From an uncultured delta proteobacterium (lineage in GTDB: Bacteria > Desulfobacterota > Zymogenia > Zymogenales > Zymogenaceae): DNA of 64,000 nt. The DNA is taken from contig CAWBYW010000016.1 of assembly GCA_963792965.1 (NCBI GenBank), positions 266,456 to 330,455 on the forward strand, read 5' to 3'. Made by a program: the position numbers and the translations under genes. The notes under the pieces were generated by a model. That model was not told where the DNA came from. It was given only the letters and a program-made list of their open reading frames with translations, and did no database searches. The number at the start of each line of letters is the position of its first letter. The stretch's first letter is position 1. Below, piece by piece: positions 29,873 to 43,433 of the stretch.

Positions 29873-31213
29873 ATGAACGAACACTGGGAAAGAGCGGCGG
29901 ACATCATACGAGAAGAGGTCGGCAAGAAGACCTACGATCTCTGGTTTAAGTCCTTGATAATAAAGGAAGTCCTGGATAACCGGATCGTGGTGGAGGTCCC
30001 CAACAAGTTTTTCAAGGACTGGATTGTTGAACACTACCTCGCGCTGATCGGTCAAACCCTTAAGAAGGTGAACGGGGCCGAATATGCTGTGGAGTTCGTC
30101 GTCGCCGAGCCCCACGATACCGTCTCTTTGCCGAAGGAGACGACCAAGAAAGAGGTCCGTCCCCTCGTGAAGGCGCTCCGCCAACGCCTCAACCCCCACT
30201 ACACCCTTGCCAATTTCGTCAAGGGGCCGTCAAACGAGTTCGCCAAGGCCGCGTGTGAGAAGGTGGTGGAAAACCCGGCCCGCGAATATAACCCCCTGTT
30301 TATCTACGGCGGCGTGGGCCTGGGTAAAACCCATCTCCTCAACGCGGTAGGGCTCGGGATTCTCCAGCGTCATCCCGATGCGGCGGTCTATTACATAACC
30401 TCGGAGGAATTCGTCAACGAATTGGTCAAGTCCATCCGGTATGAGAAGATGGACGAATTCCGAAAGAAGTTTCGCAATATCGACGTGTTGCTTGTGGACG
30501 ACATCCAGTTCATCGCGGGTAAGAAACAGACCCAGGAAGAGTTCTTCCACACCTTTAATACCCTGTACGAGAACCAGAAGCAAATCGTCCTGACCGCCGA
30601 CAAGATCACCAAGGAGATCGCGGGGCTGGAAGAGCGGCTTCGCTCCCGCTTCGAGTGGGGGCTGATCGCCGATATCGACTACCCCGACACGGAGCACATG
30701 GTGGCCATTCTCAAGGCGAAGGCTGAGAAGAACTACTCGGTGGAGCTTTCCGATGACGTGGCATTCTTCATCGCCACCATCGTTGACAACAAGCCCAACA
30801 TCCGGGAGCTCGAGGGACTGCTGACCCGCCTCATGGCCGAGGCGTCTCTGGACGGGAGGGAGATCGGCCTCGACTTTGCGCGCAATGCCCTGAAGAGTTT
30901 CATCCGGGACCGCGATCACCCCGAGAGCATCGAGAATATCCAGAAGGCGGTGGCGAAATATTTCAAGCTCAAGGTGTCCGACCTCAAGTCCCCGAGACGC
31001 GTCAAGGTCCTGGCCGAGCCGAGGCAGATCGCCATGTATCTCTGCAAGAAGATCAACAAGGCTTCCTATCCGGAGATCGGCAGCAAGTTCGGGGGGAAGG
31101 ATCATTCCACGGTCATCCACGCCGTGAAGAAGATCGAAAGACAGATCGGACAGGACATCGATTTCAAGAACACCGTCTTTGCCATCGAAAATCAGATCAA
31201 GCTCCGGGGCTGA
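29873..31213 (+). CDS. dnaA: chromosomal replication initiator
   Basis: YNPLFIYGGVGLGKTHL, LLVDDIQF, RSRFEWGL, GGKDHSTVIHA. Confidence 0.98.
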   Translation: MNEHWERAADIIREEVGKKTYDLWFKSLIIKEVLDNRIVVEVPNKFFKDWIVEHYLALIGQTLKKVNGAEYAVEFVVAEPHDTVSLPKETTKKEVRPLVKALRQRLNPHYTLANFVKGPSNEFAKAACEKVVENPAREYNPLFIYGGVGLGKTHLLNAVGLGILQRHPDAAVYYITSEEFVNELVKSIRYEKMDEFRKKFRNIDVLLVDDIQFIAGKKQTQEEFFHTFNTLYENQKQIVLTADKITKEIAGLEERLRSRFEWGLIADIDYPDTEHMVAILKAKAEKNYSVELSDDVAFFIATIVDNKPNIRELEGLLTRLMAEASLDGREIGLDFARNALKSFIRDRDHPESIENIQKAVAKYFKLKVSDLKSPRRVKVLAEPRQIAMYLCKKINKASYPEIGSKFGGKDHSTVIHAVKKIERQIGQDIDFKNTVFAIENQIKLRG

Positions 31214-31217
31214 AACA

Positions 31218-31412
31218 TGTGGAAAAGGGGCATAAGAACCATGTGGATAGGATGTTGAGAAGAAGGCACGGCCAAGAAAACGGTTTTATGAACAGATTAT
31301 CCCCGATTTTTTTTGTACCGAAACAGAGAGTTCTGTTATATACTTACAAAAATATATACACAGTTAACAGGACATACTACTACTATAATACTATATATCT
31401 TAATACTATAGA
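31218..31412. other. replication origin oriC (dnaA-dnaN intergenic): DnaA boxes, DnaA-trios and AT-rich unwinding element
   Basis: TGTGGAAAA 31218, TGTGGATAG 31242, TTATGAACA 31286, TTATCCCCG 31297, ATATACACA 31354, then TACTACTACTAT from 31375. Confidence 0.8.
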
Positions 31413-31437
31413 TAGGGACCGATAAAGGAGTGGACTC

Positions 31438-32559
31438 ATGGAATTCAAAATAGAAAAGGAAGAGATCCTCAAAGGCCTCGGGAGGACTCAGAGCATCGTA
31501 GAAAAAAAGAATACCATCCAGATATTATCGAACGTCCTTTTGAAGCTCTCCGGCAACGACCTGACCATCGAGGCGACGGATCTTGAGATCGGCGTCAGGG
31601 CGACCTATACGGCAGAGGGAATAGCCCCCGGGGGCGTCACGGTGGATGCCAAGACGCTCTATGAGGTCATCAAGCAGATCCCGGAGGGAACGACGATACA
31701 CTTTCTAAAGAAAGAAAACAACTGGCTTGAGATCACCGCGGGGAGGTCCGTCTTCAATCTTGTCGGGCTTTCCCCTGAAGACTTCCCCGAAGTTCCGATC
31801 CCCGTGGGTGAAAAACAGTGGACGATGAACCCCGAAATCCTCAAGGGGATGATCGATAAGACGGTCTTCGCCGTTTCCCAGGAGGACATGCGATACAATC
31901 TCTCGGGGGTTTTCATGGAGACTTTCGAGGAGGGAAGGGCAAAAAAGGTCAGGATGGTCGCCACGGACGGGCACCGGCTTTCACTCGTCGATTCGGAGTT
32001 CGAGGGTGAGATCCCGCTAACGACGGGCCAAGGCATTATCATCCCGAAGAAGGGACTGGCCGAATTGAGGAAGATCCTCGATGAAAGCGCGGATCCGGTC
32101 GGCATCCGGCTGGACGGGAACAACCTCATGGTGAAGAGGGACCGCCTCACGCTGGTCATGAGACTTGTGGACGGCCGTTTTCCCGACTATCGCCAGGTGA
32201 TCCCCCAGAATAACGATAAGGTCATCACCCTGGTAAGAGAGGAATTCATCAGGACGCTGAGAAGGGTCTCGATCCTCTCTTTCGAACGGGTCAAGATGGT
32301 GAAGTTTCATATCACGGGGGCGGTAGTCGAGATCACCTCCGAAAGCCCGGATATGGGGACGGCCCGGGAGGAAGTCCCCGTGGAATACGCCGGGCCCGAT
32401 ATGACGATCGGCTTCAATTCCACGTATCTTCTCGATATCCTCGGCGCCATGGATGATGAGACGATTTCTCTGAAACTCATGGACGAATCGAGCCCCGGGG
32501 AGATCCGGCCGGCAAAAGAGAGGGGATATTTCTTTATCATCATGCCGATGAAAATATAG
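31438..32559 (+). CDS. dnaN: DNA polymerase III beta clamp
   Basis: ATDLE, ATDGHRL, IIPKKG, G.FPDY..VIP, GFN..YLLD, IMPM. Confidence 0.97.
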   Translation: MEFKIEKEEILKGLGRTQSIVEKKNTIQILSNVLLKLSGNDLTIEATDLEIGVRATYTAEGIAPGGVTVDAKTLYEVIKQIPEGTTIHFLKKENNWLEITAGRSVFNLVGLSPEDFPEVPIPVGEKQWTMNPEILKGMIDKTVFAVSQEDMRYNLSGVFMETFEEGRAKKVRMVATDGHRLSLVDSEFEGEIPLTTGQGIIIPKKGLAELRKILDESADPVGIRLDGNNLMVKRDRLTLVMRLVDGRFPDYRQVIPQNNDKVITLVREEFIRTLRRVSILSFERVKMVKFHITGAVVEITSESPDMGTAREEVPVEYAGPDMTIGFNSTYLLDILGAMDDETISLKLMDESSPGEIRPAKERGYFFIIMPMKI

Positions 32560-32636
32560 TTTCAGTTTCCGATTCCATAAAAGCACAAGACGTGGTATAG
32601 TATAACGTTTAGTGTCTGAGGGATTATTTCGTCTGA

Positions 32637-35063
<2,427 letters not shown>

Positions 35064-35326
35064 CCGGGCGCATCTTGGACTTGAAAGGATGACGAAGCGC
35101 GGTGTCGGGGGGCACGAAAAGAGCGTGGTCGCCCGGACACAAGATGATCGGATACGGGCGAGAAGGAATGGGGGGTGGCGCCGTTTCGTCTTTTATGACA
35201 CATGCTGCCGCAAACGGGCATGAGTGCGACGTCGAAAATAGTGTATTCCTGACAGAAGAGAGGTCAAGGGGGGCCTGTATGGAAGACAAGGGCGCCCCTT
35301 AGTTTTAAGCGGGAGGAGAAGGAAGC

Positions 35327-37781
35327 ATGGATGAGACCAGGCCGGCGCATGCGACGGCCATAAACATAGAAGACGAGATGCGGCGCTCCTACATCGATTA
35401 CGCCATGAGCGTCATCATCGGCAGGGCGATCCCGGATGTCCGCGACGGGCTCAAGCCGGTGCACCGGCGCATCCTCTTTGCTATGTATGAGCTGAGGAAC
35501 TTTTTCGACGAGCCGCATAAGAAGTCGGCCCGTATCGTCGGCGATGTCATCGGCAAGTACCACCCGCACGGGGACATCTCCGTCTACGACGCCCTCGTCA
35601 GGATGGCCCAGAATTTCAACATGAGGCACCTCCTCGTGGACGGGCAGGGAAACTTCGGGTCGGTGGACGGTGACCCCCCGGCGGCGATGCGGTACACCGA
35701 GGTACGGACAACGAAAATCGCCCGGCACCTCCTTGACGACATCGAAAAGAAGACCGTCGATTTCGTTCCCAACTACGATGAAACCCGCGAGGAGCCGACT
35801 ATCCTCCCCGCGCGGTTCCCCAACCTCCTCCTCAACGGATCGTCGGGGATCGCCGTCGGGATGGCCACAAATATCCCGCCGCACAACCTCGGTGAGCTGA
35901 TCGACGCCTGCATCGAGATCATCAAAAACCCGAAGATATCGGTCAAAGAGCTCATGAGGTATGTCCCGGGACCCGACTTCCCGACCCGGGGCTTTATCTA
36001 CGGCACGGGCGGGCATCAAGGAGGCATACGAGAAGGGCCGCGGGAGGATCGTGCTGCGCGCCCGGGCCAAGATCGAAACCCAGCCCCGGACCGGTAAGAC
36101 CGCCATCGTCGTCACCGAGATCCCGTACGGCGTCAACAAGGTCAAGCTCATCGAGCGGATCGCGGATCTGGTGCGCAACAAGAAGGTCGAGGGCATCAGT
36201 GACCTGAGGGACGAGTCGGACCGCGAGGGGATGCGCATCGTCATCGAGCTGAAAAAGGAGGCGATGCCCCCCATCGTCCTCAACCGGCTCTTTTCCCTCA
36301 CCCCCATGGAGTCAACGTTCGGGGTCATCATGCTTGCCATCGTCGCCGGCAGGCCGCGTGTCCTCAACCTCAAAGAGGCGCTCCTTCACTTTATCTACCA
36401 TCGGCGAGACGTGGTGACGAGGCGCACGAAGTTCGACCTCGAGCGGGCGCTGGAGCGCGCGCATATCCTTGAGGGACTGGTCATCGCGATAAAGAACATC
36501 GACGAGATCATCAGTATCATCAAATCCTCCGCGACCCAGCCCGAGGCCAAGGAGCGCATGATCGCCCGGTTCAGCTTCTCCGATATCCAGGCGCAGGCGA
36601 TCCTCGATATGCGCCTCGGCAGGCTCACCTCCCTGGAGATGGAGAAGATCATCAAGGAGTACGAGGAGGTGCTGGCCCTTATCGAGGAGCTCAGGAAGAT
36701 CCTCGCCGACGAAAAAGAGCTCATCAAGGTCGTCACAAAAGAGCTCATCGAGATCAAAGAGGAGTTCGCCGACGAGCGAAAGACCGAGATCATCGCCGAG
36801 ACCAAGGAGCTCACCATCGAGGACCTTATCGCCCAGGAAGATATGGTGGTGACGGTATCTCACAACGGCTACATCAAGAGGACGCCGCTTTCCGTATACC
36901 GATCGCAGAAGCGCGGGGGAAAGGGTGTCTCGGCCATGGACATGAACGAGGGTGATTTCGTCGAGAGCCTCTTTATCGCCCAAACCCATGACCACGTGCT
37001 GATCTTCTCCGACCGCGGGAGGGCCTACGGGCTCAGGGTCCATGAAATACCCCAGGCGGCGCGGGTCAGCCGCGGGAGGTCCGTGGCAAACCTCGTTCAG
37101 ATGGCGGCCGAAGAGAAGGTGGCCTCGATGCTCGTGGTGCCGGATGTCGGCCACGACGTGAACGTCATGATGGTGACCGAAAAGGGGATGATCAAGAAGA
37201 GCGCCGCCTCCGAGTACGCCAACGCCCGGCATACGGGGATCGTCGCCATCGGCCTTGCCGAGGACGATCGGCTCGTGGCCGCGCGGGTCGTCGAACAGGG
37301 ACGCGAGATCATCCTGGCCACGGCGAACGGCTTTGCCGTCCGATTCTCCGAGGATGAGGTGCGTCCTATGGGGAGGAGCGCTCAGGGCGTGAAGGCGGCC
37401 AAACTTGGTCCCAAGGACACGGTGGTGGGGATCGCTATCATCACCGAGGGATGCACCATCCTCACCACGACCGAGAAAGGATTCGGGAAACGGACGCGCG
37501 AGGATGAATACTCCTCGATCAAGCGGGGAGGAAAGGGAGTCATCTCGCTGAAGACCACCGAGCGGACCGGGAAGCTGGTTGGGATCAAGAGCATATCGGT
37601 CGACGACGAGGTGGTCATGATCTCCGACAAGGGCAAGTTCCTGAGGCAGAAAGCCAACGCCATCTCGGTCATCGGAAGAAACACTCAGGGGGTCAGGCTC
37701 ATGAACCTCGATGAAGGCGAGCGTCTCGTCGGCATCGCGGTGCTGGCCGAAAAGGAGGAGGAAAACGGCAATGAGGCGTAG
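35327..37781 (+). CDS. gyrA: DNA gyrase subunit A (frameshift near 36008)
   Basis: [21 protein letters not shown] in the first frame; QKRGGKG GyrA-box and pinwheel repeats in the second. Confidence 0.97.
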
Positions 37782-38760
37782 CTGGATCGCGATTGGGGCC
37801 TTTTTGATCCTTGTGCTCATCACCTTCGGGGCGTGCAGCCAGGACCCCCTCTCCAATGATTTTGAGCGGGCCGATAAGCTCTCCGAGAGGGGACACTATG
37901 AAGAGGCCGCCGAGATGTTTCGGGGGATCGCCACCGTCAACCCTCATTCCGAATGGGCTCCCAAGGCCCTCTTCCGATCGGGCACGATAAACTACCTCTA
38001 CCTCAAGCACTACGATGACGCCGTCGAGGATTTCGCCTACCTGATTTATTACTACCCCAAGAACGACCTGGCTTTCGATGCCGAGGTGGACATCATCGAC
38101 ATCTACATGAACAAGCTCTCCAACTACTCCCAGGCCATCGTCGAGCTGAGGAAACTCATCGAGGCCTATCCTTCACACAAGCACATCGATGAGTTTCAGT
38201 ATAAGCTGGCCCAGTGCTTTTATTACATGCGAGACTTCGACCAGGCGCGGCTCGAGTATCTGATTCTCCTGGACAGCTATCCCCGGACGGACCTCAGGCC
38301 GCAGGTATACTACGATATCGCCAGCGCCTATTTCGTGGAGGGGGGAGGCAAGCTTGACAAGGCCATCGAGTATTACAGTAAGCTGATAGACGAATACCCC
38401 GACTCAAAGCTCGTGATGGAGGCGCGGTTCTACAGTGCCGCGGCGCTCGAGGAAAAAGGGGAGCTTGATGAGGCGCTCAAAGCCTACGAGGAGCTCTTGC
38501 CGATCTATCCAAACCCGCGGATGGTCGCGCTGAGGATCGAGGGGGTCAAGAACATCATCGAAAAGAAGGCGTCGCCCGCGCCGGCGGAGGACTTCATGGG
38601 AGTCGGGGGGGGGACGGAAGGCGAGAATACGAACGGGACCGAGGGGGAGGTCAAGGAGGTCGGTGGGAGCGAGCCGGCCGACGGGATCGTCATCAAGACC
38701 CCGGACAAGACTAAGGAGACGACCCCGGGGGGAGAGAAGAAGGACGACACGAAGAAGTAG
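37771..38760 (+). CDS. TPR-repeat lipoprotein (BamD/CpoB-like repeats)
   Basis: Signal peptide with FGAC lipobox, repeated ..YP.. TPR units; start overlaps the gyrA end. Confidence 0.8.
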   Translation: MRRSWIAIGAFLILVLITFGACSQDPLSNDFERADKLSERGHYEEAAEMFRGIATVNPHSEWAPKALFRSGTINYLYLKHYDDAVEDFAYLIYYYPKNDLAFDAEVDIIDIYMNKLSNYSQAIVELRKLIEAYPSHKHIDEFQYKLAQCFYYMRDFDQARLEYLILLDSYPRTDLRPQVYYDIASAYFVEGGGKLDKAIEYYSKLIDEYPDSKLVMEARFYSAAALEEKGELDEALKAYEELLPIYPNPRMVALRIEGVKNIIEKKASPAPAEDFMGVGGGTEGENTNGTEGEVKEVGGSEPADGIVIKTPDKTKETTPGGEKKDDTKK

Positions 38761-39025
38761 GGGGGAATAGGTCCGTTTAAGCGGTGACCGAAAGGTCTGT
38801 CGGACTCATCAGTATCTCTCCGACGCTGTGATGGAGGACGTGTGTCGATGCACACGTCCTTTTTAGTTTTCGGCCGTCGGCGGGCGGGGGGAGAAGATCT
38901 AATCCGATGAGGGATGACTCCCTCGGGCCTCGGGAAGGTACTCCTCTTGAAAGAGTTGTTCGGGCGGCCTTACGGCCGCCCGAAACGTCTGGAGGTGAAG
39001 TTCTGTAGGGGAGAGGGGAAAGGGT

Positions 39026-40300
39026 CTATTTCACGAGGTGCCATTCGGCCACGAGCGTCTTCTGCTTCGGCACCGCCACCAGGACGACGGGTGAAGCGAA
39101 GATCTTACCGGGAACACCCGTAAGGGCGACGGAGACGGCCTCTGAGTCAAGGGTAACGCCCGCAACGCTCAGAACCGCCAGCCCTCGGTTGCCGTCCGCC
39201 GCAAAGGCGATGACGGACTTCTTGGTAAAATCTATAGTGCCGAGCTTGGGGCCGCTGATCTTGAGCTCGGTGATGATCTTTTTGAGCTCTTCGGGGGTCG
39301 TCGCCGTAAACTCCCTGTCTTTGAGGATATAGTCGGTGACGCCGGAATAGACGACGTCGTAGGCGATCGGGTCGCCGTAGGTAACCCCCTTCTCGATCAT
39401 CTTGTCCTTCATGGAGCCCAAGAGCACCGAGTCGAGGTTATTATCCACCAGCGCCACGTCGGTTCCCGCACCCCCGCGCCCGCCTTCCATCGGGGCAGTC
39501 GTCCCGGTCGTTGAGGGTGCGCCCGACGGCGCGGGGACCTTGGCGGCGAGCCCCTTCTCTTCGGCCTTGTCTGCCCCGAGCTTCCAGAACCCGCGGTCGG
39601 CTTCCTTCTTGTCCATGGCGTAGTAGTCGCCCCCCGACATCATGACGGTCTCGGTCTCGCCGGAAGCGGTGGTATACTCACCCTTATAGGTGAGGTATTC
39701 GAAGGTCCCCTCTGTCCCTTTCGCGATCTTTGTGAAGACGTCAACCCCTTCCTTTGAGAGGCCGCTTGCCCCGATGGTGTTGATGATAATTTGTTTCTTC
39801 AACGCCTCCTTGATCTCGTTATCCGTTGTGTAATCGTTCTCGTAGAAGTGCGGGGGTGCGTCGCCGATGAGGAAGATCGTCTTGTCCGTGTCGACCGCCG
39901 TGTCCCAGTTTATGTCGTGGATGGCCACGTGCAACGCCTCGTTGACGCTCTCCGGCTCGTCTCCGCCGCCGGAGGCCACGAGGTTTTTAACCTCTTTGAT
40001 GATCGCGTCGGTATCGTCGGTCAGCTTGAAGATCTTCGTTACGTATTCGTCACCTCGATCACGATATATTACCAGCCCGAAGCGGACGTCCGGTCTCGGC
40101 GTGCCGCTCTCGATGTCGGCGATCATGTCCACGAGGCTCTTCTTGACGACCTCGATCTCGTCCCCCATGGAGCCGGTGGTGTCGATGAGGAAGACGACGT
40201 CCATCCGTGGGGCTTTTTCCTTCGCCGCGGCAGTCAGCATACCCGACAGGGTTAGCGCAACAACGATAATTCCGGCAAGAACAATAGCAGGTCGTTTCAT
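39026..40300 (-). CDS. secreted VWA-domain protein
   Basis: Signal peptide MKRPAIV..., DVVFLIDTTGSM MIDAS, GGGDEPE, IGDAPPH. Confidence 0.85.
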   Translation of the reverse strand: MKRPAIVLAGIIVVALTLSGMLTAAAKEKAPRMDVVFLIDTTGSMGDEIEVVKKSLVDMIADIESGTPRPDVRFGLVIYRDRGDEYVTKIFKLTDDTDAIIKEVKNLVASGGGDEPESVNEALHVAIHDINWDTAVDTDKTIFLIGDAPPHFYENDYTTDNEIKEALKKQIIINTIGASGLSKEGVDVFTKIAKGTEGTFEYLTYKGEYTTASGETETVMMSGGDYYAMDKKEADRGFWKLGADKAEEKGLAAKVPAPSGAPSTTGTTAPMEGGRGGAGTDVALVDNNLDSVLLGSMKDKMIEKGVTYGDPIAYDVVYSGVTDYILKDREFTATTPEELKKIITELKISGPKLGTIDFTKKSVIAFAADGNRGLAVLSVAGVTLDSEAVSVALTGVPGKIFASPVVLVAVPKQKTLVAEWHLVK

Positions 40301-40397
40301 GAGGCACCTCCCTTTTTCACGGTAAGACACCGGGAACGGAGAAAGGTTCCGGAACAGTGAGCGAGGGGGACTCGGGTTACTCTCGGAAGGCGCGGGA

Positions 40398-40850
40398 TTA
40401 TTGGCCCGCCTTAACAAAGAGCATTCTGAGATCATAGAGGGCGGCGTCGAGAAAGGCCTCCTCGTCGGGGGTAAGGTTTCCCTTCGTCTTTTCCTTGAGC
40501 AGGGAGATGAGATCGATGGTCTGACGCGCCCCGACGAGATCCTTCTTCGTCTCACCGCTGGCCGGGTTGGGCACCTGGCCGAGGTAGATGAGGGCCGAGG
40601 TGGAAAGGGACATGATAAAAGAAGTGAAGGTGAGGGGGACATATTCGTGCTCAGCTCCGGACGCGCCCCTTTTCTCCCGCGGCGGCTCTTGGGTCCGCTC
40701 GTCCGATGGGGGGGTCTGCCCGGTCGTCTCGGGCTCCGGCTTCGGCTCGTCGGGGCCGGCGTCCTCCTTACCTACCCTGCGCTTGTCGTGGACGGTAAAG
40801 CCCTTATCGTCTTGTTCCGGTTCTTTCTTGTCTTTATCTTTTGTATCCAT
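40398..40850 (-). CDS. DUF1844-family protein
   Basis: F..FIMSLSTSAL..LG.VPNP, A.QTID....L.EKTKGNL..E...L...LYDLR..FV. Confidence 0.88.
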   Translation of the reverse strand: MDTKDKDKKEPEQDDKGFTVHDKRRVGKEDAGPDEPKPEPETTGQTPPSDERTQEPPREKRGASGAEHEYVPLTFTSFIMSLSTSALIYLGQVPNPASGETKKDLVGARQTIDLISLLKEKTKGNLTPDEEAFLDAALYDLRMLFVKAGQ

Positions 40851-40959
40851 CGGACTTTCCTCACATCAGGTTACGTGCAGAGCACCCGAAAAGAGAGGTG
40901 ACCCGGATTCTTTTCGTGACTTGCCGGACCCCGCGAAAACGGAAGTTTCATGGGGGCGC

Positions 40960-41895
40960 TTACCAGCCGAGCTCGGCCCTTGGGTTAAAGGGGTTCTGGC
41001 CCTCAAAGTCACGCAGCAGCTTTTTGCTCGATTCCGAGATCTTTTCGGGGATGGCGATCTTAATGACGGCGTACATATCGCCTCTGCCGCCTCCTTTGAG
41101 GTGGGGGGCTCCCTTGCCGCGCAGCCGCAGCTTGCGCTCCCCCTGGGTCGTCTCGGGAATCGTAAGACGGGTGGGCCCGTCCACCGTGGGGATCGTCACC
41201 TGGGCGCCGAGGGCAGCCTCCGCTATGGTAATGGGGACGTCCACATAGATATCATCGTCCTTGCGGGTAAAATAGGGATGCGGCCTGATTTTTGTGATGA
41301 TATAGAGATCCCCCGGCGGGCCGCCCGCGCTCCCGGGGCCGCCCTTGCCCCTGAGCCGCACCTTTGAGCCTTCCTTGACGCCGGCGGGTATGGTCACGGT
41401 AAGATGCTCGGTCCCCGTATCGGTCCTCAAGGAAATACTCTTCGTGGTGCCTTTCACGGCCTCCATGAAGTCAAGCTCCATGGAGTAGGAGAGATCCTCG
41501 CCTTTTCGGGGCCGCTGGGCGTAGGCCCTCCTGCTTCCGGTGCCGAAGAGCTCCGAAAAGATATCGGAAAATGATCCGAAATCCTGCCCGCCGCCGGAAA
41601 AGTCGAAGCCCTCGAAGCCCCCGTCTCCGCTTTTCCAGGTCCATGCGCGCGGCCCCTGGCCGCCGCCCGGAGAGAAGGCCTGGTCGCCGAACTGGTCATA
41701 CGTCCGTTTCTTTTCGGGGTCGGTGAGGACCTCGTAGGCCTCAGAGACCTCCTTGAACTTCTCTTCGGTGGTCGGATCCCCGGGGTTCATGTCGGGGTGG
41801 TATTTTCGGGCGAGTTTGCGATAAGCTTTCTTGATTTCTTCGACCGAGGCGCCACGGGAAAGCCCCAGCACCTCGTAGTAGTCCCGCTTTGCCAT
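40960..41895 (-). CDS. DnaJ-class co-chaperone without zinc finger (CbpA type)
   Basis: J-domain HPD, G/F-rich region, DnaJ C-terminal domain, no CxxCxGxG repeats. Confidence 0.92.
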   Translation of the reverse strand: MAKRDYYEVLGLSRGASVEEIKKAYRKLARKYHPDMNPGDPTTEEKFKEVSEAYEVLTDPEKKRTYDQFGDQAFSPGGGQGPRAWTWKSGDGGFEGFDFSGGGQDFGSFSDIFSELFGTGSRRAYAQRPRKGEDLSYSMELDFMEAVKGTTKSISLRTDTGTEHLTVTIPAGVKEGSKVRLRGKGGPGSAGGPPGDLYIITKIRPHPYFTRKDDDIYVDVPITIAEAALGAQVTIPTVDGPTRLTIPETTQGERKLRLRGKGAPHLKGGGRGDMYAVIKIAIPEKISESSKKLLRDFEGQNPFNPRAELGW

Positions 41896-41932
41896 TGTGA
41901 GGGAAAACCTTTGCCTCTCTCGGAGGGGCTGT

Positions 41933-42382
41933 CTAAGTCTCTTTTATCTCGATCTGTTTAGGCCGTGCTTCTTTCGTTTTGGGAATCACGATTTCCAAGA
42001 GTCCGTCCTTGAACGACGCGGTCACCTTATTCTGATCCACGGTATGCGGGAGGGAGAAAGTGCGGGAAAAAGAACCGTACGACCGCTCAATCCGGTGGTA
42101 GTTCTCTTCCTTGACATCCTTTTCGAATTTTCGTTCGCCCCTCAGTATCAGGGTCGAATCCTTAATCTCGATCGAGACGTCGTTCTTGGTCAGTCCCGCC
42201 AATTCCGCTTTCAGGACGATAGAGCTGTCCGTCTCATAGATGTCGACGGGTGGAGACCAGATACCGGTCGCGAGAGACTCCTCGAATACCTTGTTGCGTG
42301 ACAGGCTGTCTTCGAAGAGGCGGTTCATCCTGTCCTGAAGGGAAACCAGGTCACGGAACGGTTCCCATCTGACCAGAGCCAT
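41933..42382 (-). CDS. small heat-shock protein Hsp20
   Basis: [33 protein letters not shown]. Confidence 0.95.
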   Translation of the reverse strand: MALVRWEPFRDLVSLQDRMNRLFEDSLSRNKVFEESLATGIWSPPVDIYETDSSIVLKAELAGLTKNDVSIEIKDSTLILRGERKFEKDVKEENYHRIERSYGSFSRTFSLPHTVDQNKVTASFKDGLLEIVIPKTKEARPKQIEIKET

Positions 42383-42399
42383 GGGGCATACCTCCTTTG

Positions 42400-42469
42400 T
42401 ATAAAGTCACAACTTTATATAATATCATCTTCTTGCTAATAATGTAAACAACTTTGGCGGCAAAGTCAA
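42400..42469 (-). promoter_or_regulatory. hsp20-dnaJ promoter with two inverted repeats
   Basis: TTGACT-17-TACATT; TATAAAGT-CACA-ACTTTATA at 42400..42419; ACTTTG-GCGG-CAAAGT at 42451..42466. Confidence 0.55.
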
Positions 42470-42554
42470 GGGTGTGCCGGTTGGTTTTTTCTTGACTTCT
42501 GCCGTCCGGCGCGCTTTAATACGCGTCGTATGGACATACTTATTTGAGGACGTA

Positions 42555-42983
42555 ATGAAAAGATCTCTCGTGATTTTGGCCGTTCTTCTGGCCGTTGCGG
42601 CGCTGGCGGGCTGCGGATACCGGTCGCCGGAGAGGTGCCAGGAGGCCGTGTTCAAGGCAGTTTCGAACGACGACGCTAACGCGTTCTTTAAGTGCGTTCT
42701 CGCTCCTCCACAGGACGAAAAGGAGCGGGATGCGGTCTTTCAGTGGATCAGGGAGAACTATAAGCCGTACCTCGGCGGATCGATCATGAGCAAGAACGAG
42801 GTAAACGGGGTGGTTATCCTCAATATTTCGCCCTCACCGGACTATATCAGCATCTACGGGTCGGCCCTTGCACCGGCGCCGCTGGCGCTGGCCTTCGTCA
42901 AGGAAAAAGGGTACAAGCTCGATCTGGACTACACCGAGAAGATAAAGGAGCTTCACGAGATCTACAAGGGATTGATGCGATAG
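42555..42983 (+). CDS. hypothetical lipoprotein
   Basis: MKRSLV... LAGC lipobox; GAGGA RBS. Confidence 0.75.
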   Translation: MKRSLVILAVLLAVAALAGCGYRSPERCQEAVFKAVSNDDANAFFKCVLAPPQDEKERDAVFQWIRENYKPYLGGSIMSKNEVNGVVILNISPSPDYISIYGSALAPAPLALAFVKEKGYKLDLDYTEKIKELHEIYKGLMR

Positions 42984-43109
42984 CTGAGACCCAGAGAGAT
43001 CCCTTTTCTCCGGAGCGCGGGCATCGAGCCGTGCACGGCGGACCGCCGGGGTGAACGGGCGGGACACCGCGTGGGTGAAAGGGGCCGGAAGATACCATAG
43101 GTAAGAAAG

Positions 43110-43137
43110 AACCCGATCATGAATGGTCGGGTTTTTT
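43110..43137 (+). terminator. intrinsic terminator
   Basis: ACCCGATCA-TGAA-TGGTCGGGT plus T-tract. Confidence 0.7.
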
Positions 43138-43433
43138 ATTTGGAAATAATCGCGCCATTGCCGGCCGGCTTGTACAAAAATCTGAAAAGGCGCCACGGAT
43201 GGACAATCAGGCGCCGGATACTATTTGACAGGGGAGAATTGTGTTATACAATTTAATAAGAAAGATAGTTATTTTCAACCCAGTCGTTTCCCCTCGGATC
43301 AATGGAAACCGGGCGAGCCGTCGGATACTGGCACAGAGGGACTCGAGGCGCCCGGCGTCCACGCATGAGTACGCCGATTCCATGAAGCGGTCTCGAGCGG
43401 TAAAACGACGCCGTGAACGGCGGAGACAATGAT

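Noticed and set aside
43042-43088. Two imperfect 24-bp-period direct repeats (ACCGC..GGGTGAA.GGG)
   Set aside because: Only two degenerate copies in GC-rich DNA, with no supporting context.
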